64,000 nucleotides of DNA, from the IMG/VR virus record IMGVR_UViG_3300025646_006603; one strand, 5' to 3'. The position numbers and the translations under genes were made by a program. This document shows, piece by piece, positions 39,746-48,457 of the stretch (positions are counted from its first letter, which is position 1; the number at the start of each line of letters is the position of its first letter). The notes beneath the pieces are model-generated. The model searched no databases and had not been told where the DNA came from. It saw only the letters and a program-made list of their open reading frames with translations. This DNA comes from an uncultured virus (IMG/VR IMGVR_UViG_3300025646_006603) (Duplodnaviria; Heunggongvirae; Uroviricota; Caudoviricetes).

Positions 39746-42570
39746 TAATCCATAGAGTAAAGATAATTACCTTCCTCATCCATTTCGTACAATTCATCTT
39801 TTGGTATTACAGTTTTAGGTTGATACGACATATCATCCATTAATACCTTATTTCTGTTAACACATTCTTTATCCACCAAATCAATAGTGCCGTCCAAGTA
39901 CATGTAATACGGGTCAATACCTACGTGTCTCCAAAACGCAATTTCAGAATCCGATAAAGTTAATACTTCTTCCAAAGTATCTTGGTCACCATCTCTACGA
40001 GGATATCCACGAACCAATTCAGTTTGCGTCTTTGTAAAGAATGGTCTGTCTTTAGGGTCTTCAATCAAAATTTCATCACGAATTTCAGGTGAGAACACAA
40101 CCAACAAAGGTTCAATACGTTTGTTAAATGCAGAGATATAACGAGGAACATTGTATTCACCCAACATATCAGGGTTTTCTGTAATATCTTTTTCGTTTAC
40201 CAAGTAACAATTCAAGATAACTTCATCACCTTTCTTTTGTACGTCTCCGTGTGATTTACGAGTACCATTATTTATGTAATATATTGTATCACCCAAACCA
40301 ACAGGAATGTTTTCTTTTAATACTAATTCCATATGTGCTTGACGAGACATCAAAGAACCTGATTTAGTTCTTTTCTTTGTGTGTACTTTATAATCATCAA
40401 TACTCTGTTTTACACGAGCTTTGTTTGCAATTTTAGCAATTGGTATTTTTTGATTAAATAAGTCATCCACATACTGATAGTAAGATTCCAAAAATTCACT
40501 ACCCTTACCATCAAGTAACAATCGTAACCCTGCATCCAAAAACTCGGCAACATATGTCTGAAGTTTTTTAGATTTAATGGTGTTACCAGTTAGTTTTACT
40601 TTTCCTTTATCGGTTAAAAGTGCGTAGTTCTTACGAGCCACATTAATAGTTGCTGGCCATTGTCCGTCAGTATCCAGTCCCATCTCACCCCTCATAAAGA
40701 GGTCATTATATTCGGCAACATCCGCCTCAGTTCCAACATATTCGTGACCTTCTTTTACCAATCCATTATTACCCTTACCCACATATTTGTAAGTGTATCT
40801 TTCTTCAGGAACCGCAAAGTTCACACCGTCCGTATCCATTACAAGAGGTTGATATCCACGTTGCATAAACCACATAATCATCTGACGAAGGTATTGTCTA
40901 CCAGTACAAGTAATCTGTTCTCCCATGTCCATATCACCCCACGGAAATACCTGAGGGGCTGACAATGAACCGAAGAATGCGTTAATAAAGATTTTAATCG
41001 GTAATTGTTTACGTCCGTATTGTGATGAAAGTTTTGGGTCTGTTTTTGAATGTTGTTCCGCCAACTTTTTGTACTTGATACGAGTATCACGGAAATACTT
41101 CAACATACTTTTCATTGCCCCTGTTACGTCACATTTGGGAAATACATCATGTACCAACTGAATAGATGGATATAGTGATGAGTAGTCAAGTTTTAATACA
41201 TCTGTTGAGTATCCAACTTTTAACAAACGGGACAATCCACCTGTAAAGGGTCTTTTATCACCTTTCATTGGAATTGCCAAATTATGTTTGTATGACCACG
41301 AGCTCATAATCATCTTCCACAATGTCGCGGTACCCATAGTAGATAGTCGTTCATATGTTGTTGGTACCAATTTAGCAAGAAGGAAGTTAGCTTGATTGAA
41401 CTCATCATCAACAACCATCGTTTCATACAAGTCATCGTCAAGGTATCTCTCAATAAGATACTTACCGTTAACCATTTCAAACTTACCGGGGAATCTTTCC
41501 ATTAAGTTTTCTGTACCCTTACTACCCACCTCACGGTAACCACCTGATTGTGGGTTAAAGTAATAATCTTTATTATCAAAATAGATGTTACCAATCTTAT
41601 CACCCTGAACATAAACTCGGTTTTCTTTTTCTGCTCCGATAAACTGGGTAATGTATTTCAAACCCCAACTCTTAATGTCAGAGTTAATAGCTTGTGCTCT
41701 ACGAACCGCGTGGGCAATATCCACAATATTGTACCCCCACATCATTGTCTGAGTGTATGGTTCCATTTCATTGGCAAGTTTCAACATACCCTCTTTCTGA
41801 CGAATGGAAACTTCAGGGTTAAGTGTTTTAACAATCTTTTTTGGGTCAAGTCCCAAGATTTCCGCTCTACGAAGAATAAACGGAAAGTCAAAGAATGCTG
41901 AGTTGTAACCACCCACCAAACTTGGTTTTAGGTAATCAATGGTGTAGAAGAAATCAATAATCATTTGTTTTTCTTCTTCTTCATTTTGAGCAGATAGGGA
42001 ATGAACAAAACCACGATTGTCTTTCATTCCGATTAAGAAGATACGACTATCTTCAGGAGAAAGACCTGTGGTCTCGATGTCAAATACAAATCGGTGAACC
42101 TCATCGTATTCTTCAAAACCTTTAAACAAACGTTTTTGTTTTTGAACAAGGTATTGTTCTACGGGGGGTAGAATTTGAATGTGGTCAGAATTTTCTCGAC
42201 TCCAAGGGTCAAGACCACCCTGTTTAAAAAAGTTAATTAAGTGTTGGTATGTTTTTGTTGTCTTAACCAAAAAACGAAGACCGTTCTCCAAACGAGGGTC
42301 CCCATGTGTTTCCAATTTTTCGATGATAATACCAAAGTCAGACATTGCCTTCTTTTGGTCAAATTTGTTTCCTTTATAAAACTTCTTGTCGTGTAGATTA
42401 CCTACCCACGCAAATGGAATAAAATTATCGGGCTTGATAATCTTACCCTTCTCAGGGTCTTGAATAATCTTAAATACTTTTGATGTTTGATAATCGTATT
42501 CTAACGCTACGATGTATTTTTCGGGGTCCTCCCCCAATAGGAATTGTTCAATTTCTTGTTGTGATACCAT
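39742..42570 (-). CDS. DNA polymerase family B
   Basis: Exo I FDIETTG, GYNSAFFDFPFI; Pol motifs LDYSSLYPS, KIFINAFFG, MDTDG, KNYA. Confidence 0.95.
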   Translation of the reverse strand: MVSQQEIEQFLLGEDPEKYIVALEYDYQTSKVFKIIQDPEKGKIIKPDNFIPFAWVGNLHDKKFYKGNKFDQKKAMSDFGIIIEKLETHGDPRLENGLRFLVKTTKTYQHLINFFKQGGLDPWSRENSDHIQILPPVEQYLVQKQKRLFKGFEEYDEVHRFVFDIETTGLSPEDSRIFLIGMKDNRGFVHSLSAQNEEEEKQMIIDFFYTIDYLKPSLVGGYNSAFFDFPFILRRAEILGLDPKKIVKTLNPEVSIRQKEGMLKLANEMEPYTQTMMWGYNIVDIAHAVRRAQAINSDIKSWGLKYITQFIGAEKENRVYVQGDKIGNIYFDNKDYYFNPQSGGYREVGSKGTENLMERFPGKFEMVNGKYLIERYLDDDLYETMVVDDEFNQANFLLAKLVPTTYERLSTMGTATLWKMIMSSWSYKHNLAIPMKGDKRPFTGGLSRLLKVGYSTDVLKLDYSSLYPSIQLVHDVFPKCDVTGAMKSMLKYFRDTRIKYKKLAEQHSKTDPKLSSQYGRKQLPIKIFINAFFGSLSAPQVFPWGDMDMGEQITCTGRQYLRQMIMWFMQRGYQPLVMDTDGVNFAVPEERYTYKYVGKGNNGLVKEGHEYVGTEADVAEYNDLFMRGEMGLDTDGQWPATINVARKNYALLTDKGKVKLTGNTIKSKKLQTYVAEFLDAGLRLLLDGKGSEFLESYYQYVDDLFNQKIPIAKIANKARVKQSIDDYKVHTKKRTKSGSLMSRQAHMELVLKENIPVGLGDTIYYINNGTRKSHGDVQKKGDEVILNCYLVNEKDITENPDMLGEYNVPRYISAFNKRIEPLLVVFSPEIRDEILIEDPKDRPFFTKTQTELVRGYPRRDGDQDTLEEVLTLSDSEIAFWRHVGIDPYYMYLDGTIDLVDKECVNRNKVLMDDMSYQPKTVIPKDELYEMDEEGNYLYSMDY

Positions 42571-42601
42571 AATAATTTAATTTACCGTCTGAGACATTTG
42601 C

Positions 42602-42618
42602 TCTCAACAATGTTGAGA
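42602..42618 (-). promoter_or_regulatory. 5' leader hairpin of DNA polymerase gene
   Basis: TCTCAAC-ATT-GTTGAGA perfect 7-bp stem between promoter and start codon. Confidence 0.45.
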
Positions 42619-42640
42619 TTACCCTTGGACATTTAAACTA

Positions 42641-42669
42641 AATATAAAACGGTCTTGTTAGATTGTCAA
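42641..42669 (-). promoter_or_regulatory. Host-RNAP promoter of DNA polymerase gene
   Basis: TTGACA-N17-TATATT; also reads as TTTG-N20-TATATTTA, close to the Bacteroidota -33/-7 consensus. Confidence 0.65.
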
Positions 42670-43019
42670 ATTATATTGATATATAATGTTTCTCTAATTG
42701 GGGCAATTAACTCACCCATTGAATTGATTACTGAAAACTCTCCGATGTATCTTCCTTTTCTTCTTGTATCACGAGAAGTCCATTTATAATATATGTAATA
42801 TTCTGTATTAGAATCTGGGTTATTTTTGAATTTTTCAACAATATATGCGTTATTCATCAAAATTTTTGGAATACCTGTTGCCTCTTCTTTCATAGAAAAA
42901 CGAATGGTGGCATTATCTAAGTCGGCATCAAAAACTTTCCATGCGTCAGTTCTTCCGTCCTTAACAACTTTCATTTTAAGGATTGGTAAGTCACTATATT
43001 GTTTTATGTAAAAATCCAT
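42666..43019 (-). CDS. Putative structural protein (BppU N-terminal-like domain), paralog of 43041..43820
   Basis: F.IKQ...LP.LK, YY.W...DT...GRYIGEF, P.RETL.IN shared with neighbour. Confidence 0.65.
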   Translation of the reverse strand: MDFYIKQYSDLPILKMKVVKDGRTDAWKVFDADLDNATIRFSMKEEATGIPKILMNNAYIVEKFKNNPDSNTEYYIYYKWTSRDTRRKGRYIGEFSVINSMGELIAPIRETLYINII

Positions 43020-43040
43020 CTTTTATAAATATTAAATTAA

Positions 43041-43820
43041 TTAAGTACACCCATAAATACTCTTACACGTATCACAATCTGAATAGGTGTTTGTAACTAT
43101 AGGACCTAATGGACTACCCTGATTAATTAGTGTTGGAATGTTTATTAGTTCATAACATTTTATATCCCCGTCAAGGTTTATACTTATGATATCACCACTG
43201 GTCAAAACACTATTACTACTCAATAAACCTGTTGGTACATCGGAACCGTCACAACAAGAAACTAAACCACCTAATTCCCAATTATAGTTGTAATATGCGT
43301 TAGTAGGTGTTGGAGTAGGAGTATTAGTACCCGTTGGGGTGTAAGTTGGTGTAACTGAAGGTGTTGGTGTAGTTGATAAAGATAGTGTCGGAGTTACAGT
43401 ATTTCTAGGAGTTTCAGTTGGAAAAACAACAGGTGCATCTCCCCTATTAGGTCTACAACATGTATCACTATCAGCAAACGATTCTAATACATTAACAAAT
43501 AAAGTTTCACGAAGTGGTAATATTATTGTACCCTGTGAATTTGTTATTTTAAATTCACCGATATATCTTCCCGATTTTTTACTGTCCGTTTTTCTAAACT
43601 GGTAATAAACATAATATTCTGCAGGTATGGTATCTGTTGACATTATACTTGCAGGTCTGTCTAATATCTTATAAACTTGTGTTTCTTCGTCATACATGGA
43701 AAATGTAATAGTAGATGCGGTTAGAGAATCCGAAAATTCTTTATAGTTATTTCTTCCGTCTTTAAAAACTTTCACCTTTAAATAAGGTAAGGTGGCGTTT
43801 TGTCTAATATAAAATTCCAT
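43041..43820 (-). CDS. Putative structural protein with BppU-like domain, Pro/Thr-rich linker and Cys-rich tail
   Basis: N-term paralogous to 42666..43019; TPTPSVTPTYTPTGTNTPTPTPT; CC...C...CDTC. Confidence 0.7.
   Translation of the reverse strand: MEFYIRQNATLPYLKVKVFKDGRNNYKEFSDSLTASTITFSMYDEETQVYKILDRPASIMSTDTIPAEYYVYYQFRKTDSKKSGRYIGEFKITNSQGTIILPLRETLFVNVLESFADSDTCCRPNRGDAPVVFPTETPRNTVTPTLSLSTTPTPSVTPTYTPTGTNTPTPTPTNAYYNYNWELGGLVSCCDGSDVPTGLLSSNSVLTSGDIISINLDGDIKCYELINIPTLINQGSPLGPIVTNTYSDCDTCKSIYGCT
43302..43421 (-). repeat. Pro/Thr-rich (TPT) low-complexity coding repeat
   Basis: PTETPRNTVTPTLSLSTTPTPSVTPTYTPTGTNTPTPTPT. Confidence 0.8.
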
Positions 43821-45853
43821 TATGGTACAATGTTAAAATCAAAGTCACAACTTGCCTCAACGATATTAAATCCAAAATCACAAGTTAATTCGTTTATTAC
43901 GAAATTATAATCACAAGCAGCTTCACCAATAGTAAAGTCAAAGTAACAACCAAGTAAACAGTCGTAACAGTTTGAACACCAAAAATCATATAAATCAAAT
44001 TTATTTTTAAGTATTCTATAGTTGTGCTGTACTTGAGGTGTTGTTAATGGTTCAACATACATTCTAAATTGAGATATTCCTCCCATGAATGTTCCACCAA
44101 AATTTTGTTCTAATAATATGTCAGTAGTTAATCCTGATAGTGAACTACCCGATAAAATATTGTTTGGTAATAATTCAGGGTCTTGAATATATGGACCATA
44201 TCTTTCAGTACAATCTTTAAAAATTAAATGGTCGTGAAGTCCTTGAGTTCCCCCACCCCATGATATATTAAAAGGAACACCAATTTGTTTTTCTCTTTCG
44301 GTGTTTAACTCGTGTGGGATAATCTCTTCAAAATCTTCAATAATCATGAACAGGTATCCATTAACATATAGTTTTAATAAACCTCTTCTATCATCTACTT
44401 GGTCTAACCACTTTTGATTAAACTCTATAATGTCTCGTTTCTTTTCCTTTGTGGTACCACTATGTGTTTGTGGTGGCATGATAAGATTGTAAGCTGCACC
44501 ATTCAAGGATGAAGGATATCTTCTTTGTCTGATATCACCCAAACCCCCAATATTTAATAAATCACAATCTTCAAGGTATTGATATCGCTCAAACGTTGCG
44601 GTTATCATTACCCATCTTTCTTTTGTGTTTGCAGTATAACAAATCAAACTATCATAACCACAATCATTATAGATACCTCTTGTTGAACATATTTCATTTA
44701 TTGTATAACCTGTTTGATATGTAACACCAGTTGTTGAACATGTTCCTGTTGTAACACAATCTCCGGTTATTTTAATATACTTAACACACAATCTTGGATT
44801 TTTTGGGTCACCACTTAACCTAAGGGATAATGCATTTGAAAGGACATCAAACTTAGGGTCTTTTGGTGGGACAGGTTTTAAGGTTGTACATGCACCACAA
44901 CCACATCCCGTATTGTGGTATACTGTAGTTGCCGATGATGGATAAACATGAATACAATCAGAATCTGTTACTGCGGTACTTGCACATGCACAAGTTTTAA
45001 TACAACTTAAACTTTCAGTTACTCTTGTATATCCTGTATCTGATTGTGGACTACCACTGGCAAAGTGGTAATACTTGTCTTCGGCTCTTGTACCAAAATA
45101 AAAGAATGTACCCGCATTTTTAGGATATATGTCATTCAAATATTGTTGAGAAGGTTGTGGAGTGTATTCGTTTCTTTGTCTTGGTTTTAATAAAAATTCT
45201 GTAGTCCAACCCTTATTTACTCTTTCAGGAAATACTTCGTAATCCCATCCGTGTAGTTTATAAAATCCTTGATAGAATCCTCCATAAAGTTCATTATAGT
45301 ACCCTACATTATCATTTTCTTTTGATACTATGTTATATATTGTATCCCTTCCACTACCTGTAAATCTAAAATTTGGCCATTGAGCATAAGATGTTACTGG
45401 ATGTAACTTCATGTGTCTATCATAGTAGTGAGGATGAAACTTGAAAAATGGATTTGTTTCAACACCCATTTTATAATACAGAGTTTGTCCTGTCATTTTA
45501 TCGTACAAACCATTATCTGTCGCAACTAACCCAACATCACACAAACCTGTGTAAGCACTGAAACAACCTAAATCAACATTTTTTGGGTTATAATAGTTTT
45601 TTGAAACTACAGTATTACCTGAATAATATGTGTTCCACAATAAAGTTTCTTTTAAGTTTGATTCCGCAGAATTTAAATCAATATTGATAGGTAATCTATT
45701 ACCATCGTCTTCGGCTATTAAATCAGTAGAAAATACCACCTCTTCATCATAGTCCCTTTCATCTGACGCTAATGTTAGGTCAAAGTAAGAACTATAATCC
45801 AATTTTAGGTCGTATCTATTAAAATAATAATTATTGATATTTTGCGACGCCAT
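43820..45853 (-). CDS. Cys-rich putative structural protein with LamG/ConA-like features
   Basis: GWTTEFLLKP, LKLYVNG, FMGGISQFRMY..PL...QV.HNY; many Cys. Confidence 0.55.
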   Translation of the reverse strand: MASQNINNYYFNRYDLKLDYSSYFDLTLASDERDYDEEVVFSTDLIAEDDGNRLPINIDLNSAESNLKETLLWNTYYSGNTVVSKNYYNPKNVDLGCFSAYTGLCDVGLVATDNGLYDKMTGQTLYYKMGVETNPFFKFHPHYYDRHMKLHPVTSYAQWPNFRFTGSGRDTIYNIVSKENDNVGYYNELYGGFYQGFYKLHGWDYEVFPERVNKGWTTEFLLKPRQRNEYTPQPSQQYLNDIYPKNAGTFFYFGTRAEDKYYHFASGSPQSDTGYTRVTESLSCIKTCACASTAVTDSDCIHVYPSSATTVYHNTGCGCGACTTLKPVPPKDPKFDVLSNALSLRLSGDPKNPRLCVKYIKITGDCVTTGTCSTTGVTYQTGYTINEICSTRGIYNDCGYDSLICYTANTKERWVMITATFERYQYLEDCDLLNIGGLGDIRQRRYPSSLNGAAYNLIMPPQTHSGTTKEKKRDIIEFNQKWLDQVDDRRGLLKLYVNGYLFMIIEDFEEIIPHELNTEREKQIGVPFNISWGGGTQGLHDHLIFKDCTERYGPYIQDPELLPNNILSGSSLSGLTTDILLEQNFGGTFMGGISQFRMYVEPLTTPQVQHNYRILKNKFDLYDFWCSNCYDCLLGCYFDFTIGEAACDYNFVINELTCDFGFNIVEASCDFDFNIVP
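43823..43948 (-). repeat. Four degenerate 11-aa (33-nt) C-terminal repeats
   Basis: CYFDFTIGEAA/CDYNFVINELT/CDFGFNIVEAS/CDFDFNIVP. Confidence 0.75.
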
Positions 45854-45866
45854 CCTCTTTTTTATG

Positions 45867-45892
45867 ATAAATACTTTAATCGCAGTATTTAT
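45867..45892. promoter_or_regulatory. Back-to-back GTATTTAT motifs at a divergent gene junction
   Basis: ATAAATAC-N10-GTATTTAT between divergent ORFs 45853(-) and 45909(+). Confidence 0.6.
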
Positions 45893-45908
45893 AGTAAAAA
45901 AGTAATCA

Positions 45909-46661
45909 ATGAAGCGCGATTTATTTGATACAAAAGGTGCAGCAGAAAAAAGGGCATCTAAATTAGGTTGTAAAGGTACTCATGAACATGAGGATGGTTT
46001 TATGCCTTGTAGTAGCCATTCTAAATGGGAAGAGGCAGTAAAAAAGTCAAAAAGAAAATCATCTAAGAAAAAAGAAGAAATAGACGAATTTATTGATTTT
46101 GATGGTACAATGAACAATTCTAAGATTCCAATCTTGGACCCACACTTACATCCAAAGAGTACTACAGACCAAACTGTTGCCATGGCAAGAATAACTCAAG
46201 ACCCGTTATTAAGAGGTTACAGAACTTATTATGGTGAGAGTACGGTTAAGGAAGAAGATATGTCAGATGCGTTTGGTTATGAGGAAACTCAATTTATGGA
46301 TGCCGAAGACACCATTAAATTTTTGGAAAAAGAATTAGGTTTAGACCAAGATTCTGCAGAAATGAGAGCAGACGAATTTGGTAAATCAGAAGACCGTGAT
46401 AGTAAGTCAGAGTTTAAAGGTGAAAAAGGATTTGTTGGAAGACCAATATTAAAAGAAAAACATAAGATTTACACCAAAAAAGAAGTTGAGGAAGTAATTG
46501 AAAATCTTTTAACAAAAAAAGATGATATCGATGATATCCAACCAAAAGAATTAAAAACCATGTCAGACATTTTGGTTAGAAATGTTAAGGCATTAAGAAA
46601 ACTTGCCGAAAAAGAAGGTATAAGTTTATCACAATTATCAAAAATGATTAAAGGTGAATAA
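45909..46661 (+). CDS. Hypothetical protein with N-terminal DUF3721-like Cys/His motif
   Basis: F.TK..AE.RA..LGCKGTHEH..GFMPCSSH. Confidence 0.65.
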   Translation: MKRDLFDTKGAAEKRASKLGCKGTHEHEDGFMPCSSHSKWEEAVKKSKRKSSKKKEEIDEFIDFDGTMNNSKIPILDPHLHPKSTTDQTVAMARITQDPLLRGYRTYYGESTVKEEDMSDAFGYEETQFMDAEDTIKFLEKELGLDQDSAEMRADEFGKSEDRDSKSEFKGEKGFVGRPILKEKHKIYTKKEVEEVIENLLTKKDDIDDIQPKELKTMSDILVRNVKALRKLAEKEGISLSQLSKMIKGE

Positions 46662-47118
46662 GGATTTATACGATAGAAAAGCTAAAGTACCAGATACGTT
46701 AATCAATCATCTAAATAAAAGTTTTGAAATGGTTGAAGCGGATTCTAATGTTGAAGGATTCAATAGAAATAAAGAATTAAGAGACAACCCCGTTGTTACA
46801 TACCAACAAATAAAAAGAATAAAAAATTGGTTTGACTCATATAATGGAAATAAAGAAGACGCACCATTTATTTTAAATGGAGGTGAAAGAATGAACAAAT
46901 GGTGTAATCACGTATTAGACCATTGGAGAAAAACATTAGAGAGTGGTAAACAAATAAAAATGGATACCGGTATGGAAAACCAATTTATTAAGAACCACGA
47001 AAAGGACGGATTACCACAAACACCAGGTCAAAAACACGAAAAGGGTTTAAACAAATATGATGTGGCGGTAACCGAAAATATAAAAAAAATAAATAAACTA
47101 ATTAAAGACATACTATAA
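46654..47118 (+). CDS. Hypothetical protein
   Basis: 154 aa, overlapping and co-oriented with neighbours. Confidence 0.7.
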   Translation: MNKDLYDRKAKVPDTLINHLNKSFEMVEADSNVEGFNRNKELRDNPVVTYQQIKRIKNWFDSYNGNKEDAPFILNGGERMNKWCNHVLDHWRKTLESGKQIKMDTGMENQFIKNHEKDGLPQTPGQKHEKGLNKYDVAVTENIKKINKLIKDIL

Positions 47119-47450
47119 TGGCAACACAAAATGACAAATTAGATTTTTCTCAGCCTGAAAATCAATTAACTGCTTATGCAGTGGCTGAAAGAGCTAAGTT
47201 ATTTCCAAGAAATGACTTTTCACCTGAATCAGACAACTATTCACCACAACATCCTGATGCAATGGCTGACGGTGATACTATTGGTAGAGGAACAGGTTCT
47301 TATTTGGACATCTATAACCAAAACGCAGGTACTAAAGAAGATGTTCAATTAAGAAAAGAAGAAATAAAAATTAATAGATACAATGCGTCTCAACCATATT
47401 ACGTTTCTGACCAAGGAAATAATGGTAGTAGACCAATGGCGAATTTATAA
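47118..47450 (+). CDS. Hypothetical protein
   Basis: 110 aa, TAATG coupling to upstream gene. Confidence 0.7.
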   Translation: MATQNDKLDFSQPENQLTAYAVAERAKLFPRNDFSPESDNYSPQHPDAMADGDTIGRGTGSYLDIYNQNAGTKEDVQLRKEEIKINRYNASQPYYVSDQGNNGSRPMANL

Positions 47451-47452
47451 AA

Positions 47453-47845
47453 ATGAAACTACTCACCACTGTAAAATCTTTAATAACAGAAATTGCCTCA
47501 TTGAGTGATATACAAAACTCGATTAGGAACAAAACTGTTATGACTATATTTTACGATGGTGATGAGCCTGGTGGTAGAGGTTTAAGAACTATTGAACCTG
47601 TTTGTATTGGTATGAGTAAGGCGGGTAACTTAGTATTAAGAGCTTGGGATTTAACAGGAGCATCTCATACTGCATACAAAGGAGAACAACCACTACCTTC
47701 GTGGAGATTATTTAGAGTCGATAAAATCTTTACTTATAAACCAACCGGTGATAATTTTTATACACCGAGACCGGGTTACAACCCTAACGGTGATAAAAGT
47801 ATGACCAGAGTTATACTAAACGCACAATTTGATACGACAGAGTAA
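47453..47845 (+). CDS. Stand-alone WYL-domain protein
   Basis: I.Y...RTIEPVCIG...LRAW...WRLFRVDKI. Confidence 0.78.
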   Translation: MKLLTTVKSLITEIASLSDIQNSIRNKTVMTIFYDGDEPGGRGLRTIEPVCIGMSKAGNLVLRAWDLTGASHTAYKGEQPLPSWRLFRVDKIFTYKPTGDNFYTPRPGYNPNGDKSMTRVILNAQFDTTE

Positions 47846-47846
47846 T

Positions 47847-48410
47847 ATGAGTGATTTAATGCAAAAATTGGCAATGTCCAAAAAGATAATGGAAGTTCAA
47901 GATAGAATACCAAGAGGTCAAAGTACCGGTCTTCCAACAAACGAAAATGTTAATTACAATATCCCTGAAGATATGATGGTTAATCAACAAATGCCTGTGT
48001 CACAACCACAACAGACAATGAATACACAGCCAGTAACTGAAGATAGAATTGTAAATTCAAAACTACCTGATGAAATTAAAAAGTTAATGATAGAACACCC
48101 AATTCAACAACCAAGCTCTATGGGTGGTTCAGTATTATCAGACGAAGTTATTGCAGGAGCAACAAGATTAATGGGTAACAACAAACCTCAACCAAAACAA
48201 CAATCACAACCAATTATGGAAAATAGTGATTTAAAACAAATGATTAGAGATGTTGTTCGTGACACAGTAAGAGATGTTGTAAGAGAAGAATTACAAAGCG
48301 CTGGTTTACTTTCTGAAAGTTCACAAAACACAAATGAGGTATTATCACTTCGTGTAGGTAAACACATATTCGAGGGTAAGGTTTTAAAAATCAAAAAACT
48401 AAAACAATAA
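47847..48410 (+). CDS. Hypothetical protein (start revised to ATG 47847)
   Basis: Q/P/M-rich; SKLPDEIKKLMIEHPI; C-terminal LRVGKHIFEGK. Confidence 0.7.
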   Translation: MSDLMQKLAMSKKIMEVQDRIPRGQSTGLPTNENVNYNIPEDMMVNQQMPVSQPQQTMNTQPVTEDRIVNSKLPDEIKKLMIEHPIQQPSSMGGSVLSDEVIAGATRLMGNNKPQPKQQSQPIMENSDLKQMIRDVVRDTVRDVVREELQSAGLLSESSQNTNEVLSLRVGKHIFEGKVLKIKKLKQ

Positions 48411-48457
48411 CTTTTCTTATCAGTTAATTTTTACTATACTTTATTAAAAACTAAAGT

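Noticed and set aside
4379..42570. Inteins or self-splicing introns in RNR, helicase, RecA or PolB
   Set aside because: Lengths are normal, motifs are contiguous, and no intein ends or homing endonuclease motifs were seen
42575..42630. c-di-GMP-I (GEMM) riboswitch in the polB leader (GGGTAA...GCAAA resemblance)
   Set aside because: No GNRA tetraloop/receptor or adequate second stem; too short. Kept only as a generic hairpin
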